Virus record (IMG/VR): IMGVR_UViG_3300022935_000005
Location: 186,001 to 250,000 of that record
Direction: 5' to 3' (one strand)
DNA: 64,000 nucleotides
Part shown: piece by piece, positions 36,866 through 48,150 of the stretch
Position numbering within the stretch: the first letter of the stretch is position 1
Layout of the letters: each line of letters opens with the position of its first letter
Notes under the pieces: model-generated
Told to the model about the DNA's origin: nothing
Databases searched by the model: none
Seen by the model: the letters and a program-made list of their open reading frames with translations, nothing else
Program-made: the position numbers and the translations under genes

Positions 36866-38803
36866 ATGGGAGCACTTGGCGGCCACATGGCTCATCTTCA
36901 TGAGTCATTAGAACTTACGTTTGATGAACTTTCGACTATTCTTGATAGTGTAGCAAACGCTGACATATCGGCGACTGAAAAGGTTGATGGTCAAAACCTG
37001 TTTTTGACAGTGAAGAGTGACGGGTCTATCAACACTGCCCGTAATGGCGGGGACCTAAAGAAGGGTGGAATGACTCCTAATGAGTTTGCTGCTAAGTGGA
37101 AGGGTCACCCCGCGGAGAGCGCTTTCACTAAGGGGTTCGAGGCAATCTCTCAAGCTATTAAATCCCTTGACCAGTCGACTTTAAATGACTTGTTTGCCAA
37201 TGGGACGAGATACGTTAATATGGAAGTCATGTACCCAGGCAATCCGAACATGATCGTGTATGATGCCGGCAACGTGGTACTTCATAACTTCCAAACGTTC
37301 GATTCTTCTGGCGCTCCCGTCGATGATCCAGACGCCCGCACCGCATTTCAACAGCTTGTTTCTGCTGTCGATGAAGCTGAGTCTGATGTCGATGGTGAAG
37401 CTTGGCTAGTGAAGGGTCCTGTAATCGCCCAGCTGCAGAGGCTAGCAGATGGGACAGCGCTCAAGGAAGTTCAAGCAGCGATCCAGAGGATTGCTTCGCC
37501 AGTGGGGATGTCTGCGACACTTGGGGATCTCGCAGAGTTGCGCTTGAGAGCCACGGCAATTCAGGCCGGTATACCAGAAAATAAGGTCGACCAGATGATG
37601 GACGCTGCGTTCGAGCGTGAGGGCGCTGCGTCTGTTAGGGACATCAAGAAAGGTTTGACGAAAGAACAGCAGGGCGTTGTTTCGAAGTTGGCAACTAAAG
37701 CCAACGCCAGGAAAGCGGTTGGTGCAGCCATGAAGCCGCTTGAATTAGCGATTACTGACTTTGCGATTGAAGTCCTCAGAGGGATGGAGAGCTACTTTGT
37801 TTCTGATACTGATAAGGAATTGGCCCGACAACGGAATGAGCTTTCTAGGGCCATTGACTACCTCGAGGGACTAGCTACATCAGGTGACGAGGAGGTCGGT
37901 AAGATGGTCGACCGCCAGCTTGAGAAGTTGACTGACATCGAGAATCAGATTAATAGTACGATGGAGGGTATCGTCTTTGAATATCCACCTGGATCGGGAG
38001 AACTTAAGAAGCTTACCGGATCATTTGCGATGATGAATCAATTGGTTGGGAGAGCAAAGCGAGCAGGTATGCCTTCTGGTAGTGCGGTCGAGGAATCGTA
38101 TGGTCGAGCTGCGTTCTCTTCTAGTGAATCAGCTTCGATTTACGACTTGATCTTGAATGAGCAAGCCTTCGTCGATAAGGGAAAGAGGGTCGGGTTGATT
38201 CCTGTCTCTGGAAAGCCGTATCACGCAGGACATCATTATCTTGTAGAGCAGGCAGCTGCCGATAATGACGAAGTTGTGCTTTTCGTTTCTACCTCTGATA
38301 GGAAAAGGAAAGGTGAAATGTCTATCTTGGGTGTAGACATGCTTCAAGTCTGGAAGCAAGAGCTAGAGAAGATTATGCCTACAAATGTCCGGGTAGAGTA
38401 CGGAGGATCTCCTGTTCGTAAAGTCTATGACACCATTGGGAAAGCGTGTGAAGCGGGTGACGCTGAGGAAACCTACGTCATCTATTCAGATCCCACAGAC
38501 ACGATGCAGAACTACCCGCAAGTGAATAGAGACAAATACATGCAGCCTATGTGTCGAATGGGACAAGTGGTTTTTGCGGCAGAAGAAGACCCGACAAGGT
38601 TTGAGAGAGGGGAGGGTTCACCAGATGTAAGCGGTACGAAAATGCGCGCCGCCATGGCAGCTGGAGATTTTGAAACCTTTGCAGCTGGTATGCCCGCAGG
38701 GGTTAACTCAAGAAATGTCTGGAGCATCTTGACTCACGATGAACCTTCTCCCACGTCGGAATCCAAGAAGTACTCTCTGGTATCAGCCCTTTACGGAAGT
38801 TAG
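36866..38803 (+). CDS. fusion of ligase-like nucleotidyltransferase domain and HIGH-family nucleotidyltransferase
   Basis: TEKVDGQNL (KxDG), MEGIVF, KLTG; then GKPYHAGH..VSGTKMR. Confidence 0.65.
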   Translation: MGALGGHMAHLHESLELTFDELSTILDSVANADISATEKVDGQNLFLTVKSDGSINTARNGGDLKKGGMTPNEFAAKWKGHPAESAFTKGFEAISQAIKSLDQSTLNDLFANGTRYVNMEVMYPGNPNMIVYDAGNVVLHNFQTFDSSGAPVDDPDARTAFQQLVSAVDEAESDVDGEAWLVKGPVIAQLQRLADGTALKEVQAAIQRIASPVGMSATLGDLAELRLRATAIQAGIPENKVDQMMDAAFEREGAASVRDIKKGLTKEQQGVVSKLATKANARKAVGAAMKPLELAITDFAIEVLRGMESYFVSDTDKELARQRNELSRAIDYLEGLATSGDEEVGKMVDRQLEKLTDIENQINSTMEGIVFEYPPGSGELKKLTGSFAMMNQLVGRAKRAGMPSGSAVEESYGRAAFSSSESASIYDLILNEQAFVDKGKRVGLIPVSGKPYHAGHHYLVEQAAADNDEVVLFVSTSDRKRKGEMSILGVDMLQVWKQELEKIMPTNVRVEYGGSPVRKVYDTIGKACEAGDAEETYVIYSDPTDTMQNYPQVNRDKYMQPMCRMGQVVFAAEEDPTRFERGEGSPDVSGTKMRAAMAAGDFETFAAGMPAGVNSRNVWSILTHDEPSPTSESKKYSLVSALYGS

Positions 38804-38867
38804 TGAACAAGCACGGTTATTTTCTTATACTTGTTATGGCTTAAGCCGCAAGCAAAAGGAGAAAAAC

Positions 38868-39875
38868 TTGTTCCGTAAAGCCCTATCTTTTGACGACGTC
38901 TTACTCGTACCGAAGTATTCTGGCGTTCACTCACGTTCTGATATCGATCTCACTCTTGAGATTATGACAGACGAATCCATGAAGCTGCCGGTATTTGCAG
39001 CTCCAATGGATACCATCATGAATGCAGAGATGGCTAGAGTTTTATTCGAAGCTGGAGCTCGCGGTGTTATGCATAGATACTGCAGTATCGAAGAGCAGGT
39101 CGCAGTTGTCAAGGAGGTAACTGATCAGGCTGAAATATTCGCTGCAGTAGGTATAACAGGAGATTATTATGATAGAGCAGGAGCCCTTATCGATGCAGGA
39201 GCTGTTGGGATTTGTGTGGACGTGGCTCATGGACATCACCGATCTGCAATTGATGCTATTCGAAACCTTAGTCGCACTTACAGAAATACTCATATAATGG
39301 CAGGCAACGTTGCCACCCTACGGGCTTTTGATGATTTAGCGGAAGCTGGAGCCAACTCTATCCGTGTTGGTGTCGGAGGTGGTTCCATCTGTAGTACCAG
39401 GATTATGACCGGTCACGGTGTACCGACATTACAGAGTGTTCTGGACTGCGCGTTGTCAGAGTCGGATGCTTTGCTTATCGCTGATGGTGGTATTAAGAAC
39501 ACTGGAGATATGGTGAAAGCGTTGGCTGCAGGTGCTGATGCAGTAATGGTTGGTAGAATGCTGGCTGGAACCACCGAGACCCCTGGACAGGTTATTGTTA
39601 ACCCTGGAGAGAGGCCCACGAAAGTGTACAGGGGTATGGCAAGCCCGGAGGCTCAAGTTGCTTGGAGAGGTCGATATTCATCAAATGAAGGTGTAAGTAG
39701 GACTGTACCACTAAGAGGTTCTGCAAGAGCTGTGCTGTTTGAGATTGATAAGGGAATTCGTAGTGGTATATCTTATTCTGGAGCATTTTCTGTGAGAGAG
39801 CTACAGGCAAGGGCTGAGTTTATTGAGCAGTCTGCTGCTGGAGCTCGCGAGAGTTCGACGCATATTGACAACTAG
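38868..39875 (+). CDS. guaB: IMP dehydrogenase / GMP reductase family (no CBS domains)
   Basis: LSFDDVLLVP, APMDT, DVAHGH, GVGGGSICSTR, IADGGI, YRGMAS; TTG start after AGGAG. Confidence 0.88.
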   Translation: MFRKALSFDDVLLVPKYSGVHSRSDIDLTLEIMTDESMKLPVFAAPMDTIMNAEMARVLFEAGARGVMHRYCSIEEQVAVVKEVTDQAEIFAAVGITGDYYDRAGALIDAGAVGICVDVAHGHHRSAIDAIRNLSRTYRNTHIMAGNVATLRAFDDLAEAGANSIRVGVGGGSICSTRIMTGHGVPTLQSVLDCALSESDALLIADGGIKNTGDMVKALAAGADAVMVGRMLAGTTETPGQVIVNPGERPTKVYRGMASPEAQVAWRGRYSSNEGVSRTVPLRGSARAVLFEIDKGIRSGISYSGAFSVRELQARAEFIEQSAAGARESSTHIDN

Positions 39876-39938
39876 GGGATAATAAACCTCGTTAACTCAA
39901 TATTTAGATTTGAACACCAACGTGGAGAAGATTGAGAT

Positions 39939-40391
39939 ATGGCGAGCACAATCAGTACAGCTACTCTACAAGTCCAGATACTTGAAGACATTGAGCTTAA
40001 TGGAGTCAAGAGGGGGTCTAGGGCGTACCACACATTTGCTAATATTAAGCAAATCGATGAGAGAATTCTAACGGTACCTACATATGAGGTAGATATTCTG
40101 CTTCTTAGCTCTTCAGCTGCTGCTGGTACTTATGCTACCAATAGCTTTAAGTACGCGAGGCTTACCAATCTAGATGATACTAATTATGTTTCGATCACCC
40201 TGCTGTCTGGTTCGCAGGGCTCGAAGTCAGTCCAGAAATTGCTTCCTAAGACGAGTATGATGATAACAGACCTTGCTCTATCAGGGTCATCAGCGGGTGT
40301 TTCTTTCGGGTCATTCAACGATATCACAGCTGTAAAGGCTAGCGCTAATTCTGCTAATGTTGATTTGTCGCTTTTTGTGGCTACAACTTAG
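39939..40391 (+). CDS. hypothetical, probable virion protein
   Basis: Ser/Thr/Ala-rich beta-type; YARLTNLDDTNYV; preceded by ATATTTA. Confidence 0.5.
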   Translation: MASTISTATLQVQILEDIELNGVKRGSRAYHTFANIKQIDERILTVPTYEVDILLLSSSAAAGTYATNSFKYARLTNLDDTNYVSITLLSGSQGSKSVQKLLPKTSMMITDLALSGSSAGVSFGSFNDITAVKASANSANVDLSLFVATT

Positions 40392-40753
40392 TGTCTAACG
40401 AATATAATCCAAGGTGAGATTCATATGAACAGTAACCAAAGAACTGACAGAGGCAAGAATGGTTGATCTTGAATTGAGCTTAAAGGCACTACAAGCGGGT
40501 ATTTTACCTGCCTTCTCCGGTGATGAGGTTGCCAAGCTGCTTGAGACATGTGATCCAGAAGAGGCTCATCGTCTTAAGCGGAGGTTTCGTAAGCTGTGGC
40601 GGAAAGAAATGAAAGCTCAACTTCGTGATTGTTCTTCTGATATTGAGATTAAGCGCACTGCCGCTACATTTTCGACGCCTGCTTCGAAAAGAGCAACTGT
40701 TAAGTTCAAGCTATTAAGCGAGATTTTAGGAAAAAAAGAAGAGTAAGAAAGCT

Positions 40754-42301
40754 ATGCCTTATAATAAAAGAAAGCAAAAGTGCACACAGTCAGACGGTGA
40801 CAAAGGAAACTATGTCCTTTCTTATACTGACAAGAAAGGGAAAAAGCACCGTGCCTGTCATACCAGTAAGAAGAACATGCAAGGTCAGATCGCTGCGATA
40901 GAAGCTGAAGCTGACACGTCTGAATCTGACATGCTCGAAGAAATTAGAGCTTTAGTAAGAGAAGAGGTGATGAGGCTTGGGGGATCTTCAGCAGAGGTTG
41001 GTCCAATCAAGCAAGATATGGATCTTATGTCTGTAGCTAAGGATATGTTGGAAGCAGGCGACTCTGAAGGACTTGAGGATCTAGTTGACCTTAACAACGC
41101 TATCTATACTTCTATCGATAAGCGGGACGCTTGGGAGTCTATTGGCGAACAGCTATTAACCGCTTGGGGCTTTGACGCTCCAGCTCAAGGTAAGAAGGCT
41201 GCTGCTGCTTCCGAGGGTGGTAGCGACGGCTCTGTCGCGACTTTTTGGGACGTGAGAAAAGAAGGTGTGCTATATTCTGTGAAGACGAGTTTTAAGACTC
41301 CAACGAAGCCGACTAACTACAAGCAAGCAACTCAAAGCTCCAATATAAAGTTGTCAGCACTTTTTTCTGCAATAAAAGAAAATCCGCCAGGAACAAAGCT
41401 GGGAAATATTGGCTGTATTTACTCTGAGGAAGAAAACTCTCGTGTTATTGGGTGGGGAAACGTGACAGCACCAATATCGTCTGACGATCTTAGTCAAAAA
41501 ATAAGGAGCATCATCCAGAAAAATGTTGCCCCTGAAAATGTTGAAATCATTTTAAGCTCGTACGATTCTTTAGTGGGAACTGCTACTGGCAAAAAAATGT
41601 CTAAAGACGAGACAGTTACAACAAAGCTTATCATTCGTGCACTCTCTTCAGCCGGACTATCGACCTCAGATGGAAGGCTTACAGGTAAGGCTGAACAATT
41701 TTTAGGCAGCTACTCTGAAGGAACACCGATAGCATCTCTCGCTGTTTATGAACCGTCATATTTCTTTAAGGAGACGATGGGTAAATTAGGTGACGTTGAT
41801 GATAACCAATTGTCTCTCTTTGATTTGCCAAAGGCAGATAAAGAATTTGCTTCTGACGGAGAAAGAAATGACGTTGTTAAGAGGCTTGGGACGCTAGCAA
41901 GAGGAATGTCTACGACACAGCTTGACAAGCTATTGTCAGCAGCCAGAGAAATTATGAATGAGTCATTAATACGTGAGTACATTAGTGAGGCCACACTAAT
42001 CAATGAAGAGTTAACGGGCTCTGATAAGTCTGAAATCAAGCGGATGATAAAGAAAGAGATCGAAGGTGCCACCAACCGTAAAGAGATCGATAAGGCTTTT
42101 AAGAAAGCTTTCGATTCAGAGCTCAAGAAATCCCTTAGCTCAAAGTCTGTTGTAGACGAGATCCAGAAAGAAGTTGAGAAGAGCATGGGCTCATCTGCGA
42201 ACCGAGAAGTGGTGGTCCGGATTTGCAAAGACGTTTTAGTCAAGCTGTACAGAGAGCTTAGTTTCTCGTATAAGCCAGTTATTGACAGAATGAAAGTGTA
42301 A
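40754..42301 (+). CDS. multidomain protein with internal leader motifs and possible PD-(D/E)xK-like domain
   Basis: LEEIRALVREE and ESLIREYISE motifs; ESIGEQ..WDV..YSVKTS. Confidence 0.5.
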   Translation: MPYNKRKQKCTQSDGDKGNYVLSYTDKKGKKHRACHTSKKNMQGQIAAIEAEADTSESDMLEEIRALVREEVMRLGGSSAEVGPIKQDMDLMSVAKDMLEAGDSEGLEDLVDLNNAIYTSIDKRDAWESIGEQLLTAWGFDAPAQGKKAAAASEGGSDGSVATFWDVRKEGVLYSVKTSFKTPTKPTNYKQATQSSNIKLSALFSAIKENPPGTKLGNIGCIYSEEENSRVIGWGNVTAPISSDDLSQKIRSIIQKNVAPENVEIILSSYDSLVGTATGKKMSKDETVTTKLIIRALSSAGLSTSDGRLTGKAEQFLGSYSEGTPIASLAVYEPSYFFKETMGKLGDVDDNQLSLFDLPKADKEFASDGERNDVVKRLGTLARGMSTTQLDKLLSAAREIMNESLIREYISEATLINEELTGSDKSEIKRMIKKEIEGATNRKEIDKAFKKAFDSELKKSLSSKSVVDEIQKEVEKSMGSSANREVVVRICKDVLVKLYRELSFSYKPVIDRMKV

Positions 42302-43276
42302 ACTATTTCTTCGTCTGCTATAATCTCTGTATGTATGGCAGAATCCCAAATGAAGAGAAGATGTTTGAGCCAGGTGATACTTTCTTGTATCAGGGTTCTC
42401 AAGTGACAGTAGATCGTCTTATACCCCACACGGTATACTACGAACATCGCCCCATCGCTAGCTACCAAGCTTATTATTACGTCGTGACGTTACCTGATGG
42501 TTCTTCAAGGTCGCTGAGCTTGCAAGACATCAAGCCGGAGGAGCAGTGAGTGAATCCTACAAAATTGGCGAAGTTGTGTATGTGACTCAATACTACGACG
42601 ACATGATAGTCAAGGAAAGGTCTATCGGCTTGATAACTGACATAGATAGATATTCTTGGCTGAATGTCCACGGGGGTAAGACGGAGTTTGAGATTTACAA
42701 AATACTAGACTCTAGAACTAACACAACCGTGACAGCTGAGAAATTTGCAATTAGCAAGCTCGAGGAGTATGTGTAATGAGAGATTTCCTAATAAGCGCAG
42801 TTTCTTTTGCAATTATCGCAACAATTCTCTGGGGCTCTTTTTTACTGCTTTGTGTGGTGATCGACTTTTTATCTGGAATGGGCATATCTGCTGGCTTTTT
42901 GTGGTTTACGTCTGGTCTAGCTGTGGCTTACTGTAAGCCTGCCGCGGCCCTGCTAAAGTTGTGTGAGTCAGTTTATATTAAGGTTCACGATATATTCTGG
43001 AGACTTGATTGAAGGTCACACCATCACCAAGCCTGATGAGACACCATCAGAGAGAGTACTATGACCCATCTCGTCTGATTCAGATCATCGACGAGCTGAT
43101 AATAACATCACCTGATATTCCAAATTCTTACAGATTTATGACCTCGACAGGACTAATCATACATGAGAAGTGTAGGTCTTTAGAGGAGTTTCTTAAAAAT
43201 AAGACTGATGCGAGGAGCTTGCGAGTCAAGAATCTTCTGTCCAGACTTCTAAGGCTTAATCAGGAGGTCTGATAAG

Positions 43277-44032
43277 ATGGACCCGTACGCTGTCTTAGGA
43301 GTGCAAAAGTCTGCATCACAAGATGAGATAAAGAAGTCATATCGAAAGTTAGCCCTTAAGTACCATCCTGACAGAAATACAGCCCCCGAAGCATCAGAAC
43401 AATTTAAGAAAGTCTCTGAAGCTTATTCCATGATAGGTGATCCGCAAGCTAGGAAAGACTACGAGTTGAAGTCTGGAAACCCGCGAAGCCGAGACTTTGA
43501 AGAGTTCTTCCGCGGAAGCCAGTGGGGATCATGGGATGAGATGTTCGGGACAAGATATCAAAAGACGCGACCTTACATTATAAAGGTGAAAATAGACTTC
43601 TCTCTGGAAGAGCTGAACAGCAGGCCCATGAAAAGCTTCCACTTGGATGGTCAGAGGATCGACTTTCGAGTCCCTCGTGGCGTTCGTCCAGGAGAAATCT
43701 TCAACGTCGAGTTAGGTGGTGGTCAGGAATTACATATAACTGCGGGAGTACTAAAGAATAAGCTGTTTGAGCTTAAGGGTGATGACCTGCATACACAAGT
43801 GAGTGTCCCTATTGACATTGCGCTGAAGGGTGGCGAGTTAAAGGTCCCGACGTTGTCAGGAACAATTAGTCTAAAGATTCCCGCGAGAACAAGTTCACAC
43901 ACAAAGCTAAGAGTGAAGTCATCTGGCCTACCTTTGAAAATTGCAGGTTTCGGATCTATAATCTATGAAGTGAGGTTGGATCTGAAGAAAATAAGTCCTG
44001 AATTATTATCATGGTCTTCTTCTTTCAATTAA
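43277..44032 (+). CDS. DnaJ/CbpA-like co-chaperone (J domain plus C-domain, no zinc finger)
   Basis: [25 protein letters not shown]; [17 protein letters not shown]. Confidence 0.9.
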   Translation: MDPYAVLGVQKSASQDEIKKSYRKLALKYHPDRNTAPEASEQFKKVSEAYSMIGDPQARKDYELKSGNPRSRDFEEFFRGSQWGSWDEMFGTRYQKTRPYIIKVKIDFSLEELNSRPMKSFHLDGQRIDFRVPRGVRPGEIFNVELGGGQELHITAGVLKNKLFELKGDDLHTQVSVPIDIALKGGELKVPTLSGTISLKIPARTSSHTKLRVKSSGLPLKIAGFGSIIYEVRLDLKKISPELLSWSSSFN

Positions 44033-44555
44033 TTTGTACTTTACATTTTTGTTCGTATAATATCAATAGTGGAGTTAAAGGAGTTTTAGCCATGGGAGAA
44101 GTTGTGGACCTTCTTGAGTACAAACGGCTCAAGAAGACAGAGGAGGAAGAAGAGATAGAAAAGCTGAAGGCTGAACTACGTTCTCTCATTGGCGAGATAG
44201 GCGGGATTCATGTTGTACCTCTGGCGATGTCACGAGATATGACTGATCTTACGCACTTAGGTTTCGGATATTCTTTCGACCCGGGTGTGTACATGAGCTC
44301 TTCCTGTCCGTTCTACACGGTGAGTACATCAGGGGACAAAAGAGAAGATGAATAGCGAACATTCTCTAAATACTGGAGATATTCTAGAAGATAGATATGG
44401 CAACAAAATGGTGATCGTAGATGTTTTGGCGCCTGAGAATACAGGTGCTGATTGTTTAGAATGCTTTGTTTTAGTTAACGGAAGAATCAAGAGGGTGAAC
44501 GCCAATAGTCCCTCTATTATCAAGTCTTATAAAAAAGAGAAAAGGAGCTTAAAAA

Positions 44556-44789
44556 ATGGCTAATCAGGAAATTGTTACAGAGTTCGTAGAGAAAGTACTT
44601 GCTTTCGAGTCTGAAAAGCGTGAGCTAGCAGAGGCAGAGAAGGAGCTGTACGCAGATTACAAGGACAAGCTTGACGTAAAGGCTTTCAAGATTGCCCTCC
44701 GGATTGCAAAGATGCGTGCAAAACTAGACTCCTCAGAAGATGCCGAAGTAGATCAAATTCTTGGTGTCGTTTCCACCCGCGTGCCATAA
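44556..44789 (+). CDS. GapR/DUF2312-like small DNA-binding protein
   Basis: FVEKVLAFESEKRELAEAEKELYADYKDKLDVKAFKIALRIAK pattern. Confidence 0.5.
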   Translation: MANQEIVTEFVEKVLAFESEKRELAEAEKELYADYKDKLDVKAFKIALRIAKMRAKLDSSEDAEVDQILGVVSTRVP

Positions 44790-45170
44790 TTAACTGCGAC
44801 TTATTTATCACACTTTTTGGAGTTAATGTCCCATGTTAGATATTAGAAATGATATGTATAAGGTCGGGCTGATTGGTGGAATAGTACTTTTATACGCCGC
44901 CTCAGCCTATAGTTATCTAAGCTCAACCGGTGATCGACAAACGTCTGGTGAATACTTGGCTACGCCTTCGACAGACAAAACGATGATCAGGGTTTTGGAA
45001 ACAGCGCGAGCTCATGGCGATCACAAGATACCTCACAAAAGCCTCCAGTCTGCGAATGTCATTGTACCGGGATCTACTTGCGTTATAACTAGTGAAAATC
45101 TAGACTTCAGTGGCGACTTTGTCGAGGTATCTGCCGACTGTTTTGCCGTGGGAAGCTCACAGGAAGCAGA

Positions 45171-46067
45171 GTGAAATTTGCTGCCGGCCTGCTTACGCTA
45201 TTTCTACTATCCAGTAGCACCGCTGCTGATGAAAAGGCGTCTGAGTATATACTCTACAAGCATGAGCTACCAGACTGGGATGAAAGGTTTCAGTTAGCAG
45301 CTGGTACAGCGAAGGATAGATGCCAGCTCCATGAATGCTTGTGCTCTGTTTCTCGCCCGGTATCCTCTTCGCAATCGACCTTTGGCACAGGCACAGACCG
45401 CAGACATTCTCTCTATTTTTCAGAGGCAGGTTATGTCCCGAAAGAGAGTCAGAAAAGAAGTCTGGAGAACTGGATCAAGAAGCATTCTTTTAGTACGTCT
45501 ATCACACTCATCGGATACACAGATAGTTGCGGTACCCACGATTATAATGAGAAGCTGGTAAGAAACAGAGTCTCTGAAGTACGGCAAACGCTAACGGGCA
45601 TGGGATACCCGAAGGCTAGTTCTATCATTTTTAGGGCGGAAGCTAGTTACGGTCATGATCCTTCTTCCCGAAGGGTCGATGTGATAGTTCACCGAACAAG
45701 CCGGTTAACAACCATGATTGAAAAGGTACAAGCAGATGTCTACTTAATAGATGCCTCTGGTTCGATGTGGGGTAGCTGGAGAAAATGGTCTGATATAGTC
45801 GCTGTTTCTTTTAAACCCGGTTCGAGGATATACCTTTCGAAGTCTGAAGACTGCTATTCTGGACAATCACTTGACAAGGTGTCTCCGTCAGGCGCAACAG
45901 AAATATGGTACTCTTACTGGAAGGTATTGGATAAGATGAAGGCAGGAGAGACTCTAGTGGTGATATCAGACTTTCGATCAACTGTTCCACTTACTCGTAG
46001 AGAGGCGGAAATGATTGAAGAGAAAGTCAGGTCGAAGGGCATAAAGGTTATAGCTCTGAAGCCTTAA
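45171..46067 (+). CDS. secreted OmpA-like peptidoglycan-binding domain plus vWA-like domain
   Basis: Signal peptide; IGYTDSCGTHDYNEKLVRNR..SRRVDV; YLIDASGSM..VISD. Confidence 0.7.
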   Translation: MKFAAGLLTLFLLSSSTAADEKASEYILYKHELPDWDERFQLAAGTAKDRCQLHECLCSVSRPVSSSQSTFGTGTDRRHSLYFSEAGYVPKESQKRSLENWIKKHSFSTSITLIGYTDSCGTHDYNEKLVRNRVSEVRQTLTGMGYPKASSIIFRAEASYGHDPSSRRVDVIVHRTSRLTTMIEKVQADVYLIDASGSMWGSWRKWSDIVAVSFKPGSRIYLSKSEDCYSGQSLDKVSPSGATEIWYSYWKVLDKMKAGETLVVISDFRSTVPLTRREAEMIEEKVRSKGIKVIALKP

Positions 46068-46832
46068 CGTTACGCTTTTCCTTAATATGATATGAGGGTA
46101 AGGGATACAACATCAGGAGGGATCCTCAAATGGCAAGAATGCAATCAGAAGACGTACAAGCTCTTCTAAACTTAAGGGCAAATTTAATCAACGATCACAT
46201 CCGGATGCTCGACGGCGCGACTAGCCCTCACACCGCGATGGTGAAGCAGGCCGATGTAGCTCGTTGCTTGTCAACAGCCATTCGAAATTTAGAGGAAATT
46301 CTAGCCACCGCCGGCGGCGTAGAATTTAATAAGTAGCTTTGTAAACTCCTCTTTCTAGAGTTATTATAGAAATAGTTCTAGCAATCAAATAGGAGAACTT
46401 ATGAAGCAGTATCGTAACAACTATAAGAATATGCACCCACAGTCAGCAAGGCACATCGGCCGAGAGATTGTGCTAGCCACTCTTTCTGACTCTAATGCTG
46501 AGAATGTTAATCGACGTCTAAAGTCTGCCGGAGTTACCAATCCTGACGGTACAGACGTTGTGTTTTCAGAGCCACACTTGGATCAGATGAAGACAGGACT
46601 AGCTTCTATTATTGAGATGGTTCAGGATAGGGCTCCACATCGATTCGAGGAAGCTCTTGACCTTGTAATCAATATGCACACAGGTGGATCTTACGGCCCA
46701 TGGTATCGTAAGTGGTACATCCCATACGCTTTAGAGACCGGAGCTCCTCTTTGGGTATCTTCATCTGAAGCTCATGAAGTTGTAGACCGACTACGCAGCG
46801 CAGCGTAACAACATTTCTTATATGAGTATATG

Positions 46833-46854
46833 GGGGGGCTTTGCTCCCCTTTTT
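46833..46854 (+). terminator. rho-independent terminator
   Basis: GGGGGGC-TTT-GCTCCCC followed by TTTTT. Confidence 0.7.
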
Positions 46855-48150
46855 ACTTTTTCGCTCTATTTATCTATAGATAACTTTGTTGTAAAGGGTA
46901 CAACGCCGTGAGCGGAAAAAACAATAAGGAAGAAGAGACTTTATTTGTAAAGGGTAACTATGTTGCCGTAATGAATGGTAAGGTCGACGCTAGCGGTCTT
47001 GTATCAACCTCTGTGACAGTATGTACCATTTTGCACGTAGGCTGTGATGACGTGTTTGTGCAGTCTACATCCAGCCAGTTTTCTAATCCAGTAAGGTATA
47101 TCGTTTCTAAACAAGCGTGCGTTCCTCTCTCCATAGATCCCGGGAATGTCGTTGGTTGTGTGCCTGCCCAGCCCTCAATCGGAGATATGGTTTTGTTTCA
47201 TGATAAGCTGACGTGGTCGAGTAAAGAGCTTGAACTTATAGTTGGTACTGTATATGAAATATCTTTTATGAAGGGACGTCCGTCAACCGCGACTGTAATG
47301 AGAGGCACTGACATGATCGAGCTACCGTACGCCAGTTTGCTGGTTTTACAGAAGGCACATTCGGTAGTGTAATTGTTCGACCAAACGCTTATAGTATAGC
47401 CATGAGCAAAGAAAGCAGCAAACCAACAAGTAAGAAAGCATCGGCACGGGGCGCACGTAAGTCTCTCGTCGCGGAATATAAGGCGAAAGCAAGGGGCAAA
47501 AAAACTTCTAGCGTTTCCTCAAAGAAAAGTGCCGATAAGAGTAAGCCAGTTCGACGAACGCCCACGAAGATTACATACAACCCTATCACGGAAATGGAAG
47601 TGGCCGGAGAAGTTTATCGCACCGGTGACATCGCACACTTCGTTTTAGAGGGCCGGATGGAGTCCAAGAAGCCTCACACCGGTGAGATCAAGGAATGTTA
47701 TCCCAACGATCGGATGGAGCCGAGCGTGGCAGTTTGGGACCAGACCGACGGCAAATACAGAACAATCAGAGCCAGATTGGTTGGATGGACAGCCACAGAA
47801 GCAAAGAAGAAATGGCAGGAGTTCCTCGGTGACAACCCGGAAAAAGATTACTACTAATAAAGAGAGTGATGTGATTCAATCGTCACGCCGTAAGCGTGCC
47901 TCTAGAATCGACCCCCTCTCAGAGCACTGGTTCCACCCCAGAACCCCTTTCGCTCCCGGAGACATAGTTGCCATCAAGTGGGCAGATGATGCGCTTTCTC
48001 ACCTCATGAATGAGGGTCCTCGGAGAACAGGAGTTGTCCTGACCGTGCTTGACGATACCACACCTGAGGGTGTTGAAGTCATGTGGGACTCGGGGGATAT
48101 TGATTGGGATTACGCCGATGACCTCCGACACGTTGAGGAGAGTCCACGAC

